Origin: Squalus acanthias
Lineage: Eukaryota
DNA: 64,000 bases
NCBI GenBank assembly: GCA_030390025.1
Contig: JASTWF010000034.1
Coordinates: 2,976,001-3,040,000 of the forward strand
Direction: 5' to 3'
Below, piece after piece: positions 62,601 to 64,000 of the stretch (positions are counted from its first letter, which is position 1; every line of letters starts with the position of its first letter). The position numbers and the translations under genes are program-made. The notes beneath the pieces were generated by a model. The model saw nothing but the letters and a program-made list of their open reading frames with translations, made no database searches and was not told the origin of the DNA.

Positions 62601-64000
62601 TTAATTTGAAATGGTACCCTCTACACCGGGAAAAAAAATACAGTTAATTGTTAATTTTGACATGATACACTCTACACCCTGAAATAAAGTTAAAGTCAAT
62701 TGTTAGTTTGATATGATACCCTCGACACCGTGGAATAAAGTGAAGATCAATCGTTAAATTAGACATTAAATCCTCTAAACCGGGGAATAACGTTACAGTT
62801 AATTGTTAATTCGACATGCTGTCCAATACACTGGTGAATAAAGTTATTGTTAATTGTTAATTTCGACGTGACGCCCTCTACACCGGTGAATAAAGTTACA
62901 GTTAATTGTTAATTTAGATATGATGCCTTCTACATACGGGAATAAATTTACCGTTATTTGTTAGTCCAGATATGATTCCCTCCGCACCGTGAAATAAAGT
63001 TACAGTTAATTGTAAATTAAGAAAAGATTCCCACCACACCAGGGAATAAAGTTACTGTCAATTGCTAATTTGACATGATACCCTCTACACCAGAGTATAA
63101 AGTTACAGTTAATTGTTAATTTAGAAATGATACCCTCTACACCGGGGAATAAAGTTACAGTTAATTGTTAATTTGACATGATACCCTCTACACTGGGGAA
63201 TAAAGTTACAGTTAAATGTTAATTTGACATGATTCCCTCTACACTGGGGAATTAAGTTACAGTTAATTGTTAATTTGAAATTATGCCCTCTAAACCGGGG
63301 AATAAAGTTACAGTTAATTGTTAATTTAGACATGATACCTTCTACACAGGCGAATAAATTTAAAGTTAATTGTTAATTTAGACATGATTTTCTCTTCACG
63401 GGGGAATAAAGTTGCAGTTAATTGTTAATTTAGAAATGATTCCTTCTACATCGCAGAATAAATTTACAGTTCATTGTTAATTGAGACATGATAACCTTGA
63501 CAATGGGGAATAAAGGTATAGTTAATAGTTAATTTAGGCATGATGAGCTCTGCACTGTGGATTAAAGTAACAGATATTGGTTAATTTAGACATGATATCC
63601 TCTACACCAGGGAATAAAGTTACAGTTAATTTTTAATTTAAATTATATCCTGTACACAAGAGAATACATTTACACTAAATTTGAATTTGACATGATACCC
63701 TCGACACCGGGGAATAAAGTTACAGTTAATTATTAATTTGACATGATACCCTCTACACCGGGGAATAAAGTTACAGTTAATTGTTAATTCGACATGATGT
63801 CCGCTACACTGGGGAATAATGTTATAGTTAATTGTTAATTTCGACGTGATGCCCTCTACACCGGTGAATAAAGTTATAGTTAATTGTTAATTTAGATATG
63901 ATGCCTTCTACATACGGGAATAAATTTACAGTTATTTGTTAATTCAGATATGTTTCCCTCCACACCTTTAAACAAATTTACAGTTAATTGTAAGTTAAGA

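Larger units (their letters stand above)
39912..64000. repeat. AT-rich 51-bp satellite (CCCTCTACACCGGGGAATAAAGTTACAGTTAATTGTTAATTTGACATGATA) with TE insertions and a higher-order repeat
   Basis: Blocks 39912-42804, 46273-46750, 50995-55762 and 60463-64000; the 17-aa repeating ORFs (HVKLTINCNFIPRCRGY) confirm the 51-nt period. Confidence 0.96.

Noticed and set aside
39881..63333. Cys/His-rich 17-aa repeat ORFs (HVKLTINCNFIPRCRGY) as zinc-finger proteins, or the 51-bp array as CRISPR
   Set aside because: They are translations of a 51-nt satellite with frequent stops; there are no unique spacers or cas genes, and the context is vertebrate

Overview
This is a eukaryotic, repeat-dominated window, most likely from a cartilaginous fish (shark or ray). 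That call is inferred from the CR1/HER1-type LINEs, shark-type SINEs and a GPR139-like receptor gene. The only host gene is a two-exon GPR139-like GPCR on the minus strand (29442-29220, 20413-19513) with a 1-nt frameshift. Directly 3' of it lies a ~27-bp GC-rich minisatellite carrying a YY1-type motif in nearly every unit. The rest is mobile DNA and satellite: (1) a retroviral remnant (3' LTR, PPT, env) whose env looks like a foamy/lokiretrovirus-type class I fusion protein; (2) a retrovirus-like pol with two RNase H domains, joined back-to-back with an inverted related element; (3) several solo LTRs; (4) two long CR1 LINEs that share a similar ORF1 but have divergent ORF2s; (5) a 51-bp satellite from ~39.9 kb to the end, with a 2383-bp higher-order repeat. 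The satellite hosts an apparently intact autonomous PIF/Harbinger transposon (55763-60462) with a DDE transposase, a 3-exon Myb/SANT partner, TIRs and an ATT TSD; the empty site is visible one higher-order repeat away. A related Harbinger MITE and a Gypsy element sit at the same position of the satellite monomer. All calls were made by eye with no database search, and boundaries of degraded repeats are approximate.
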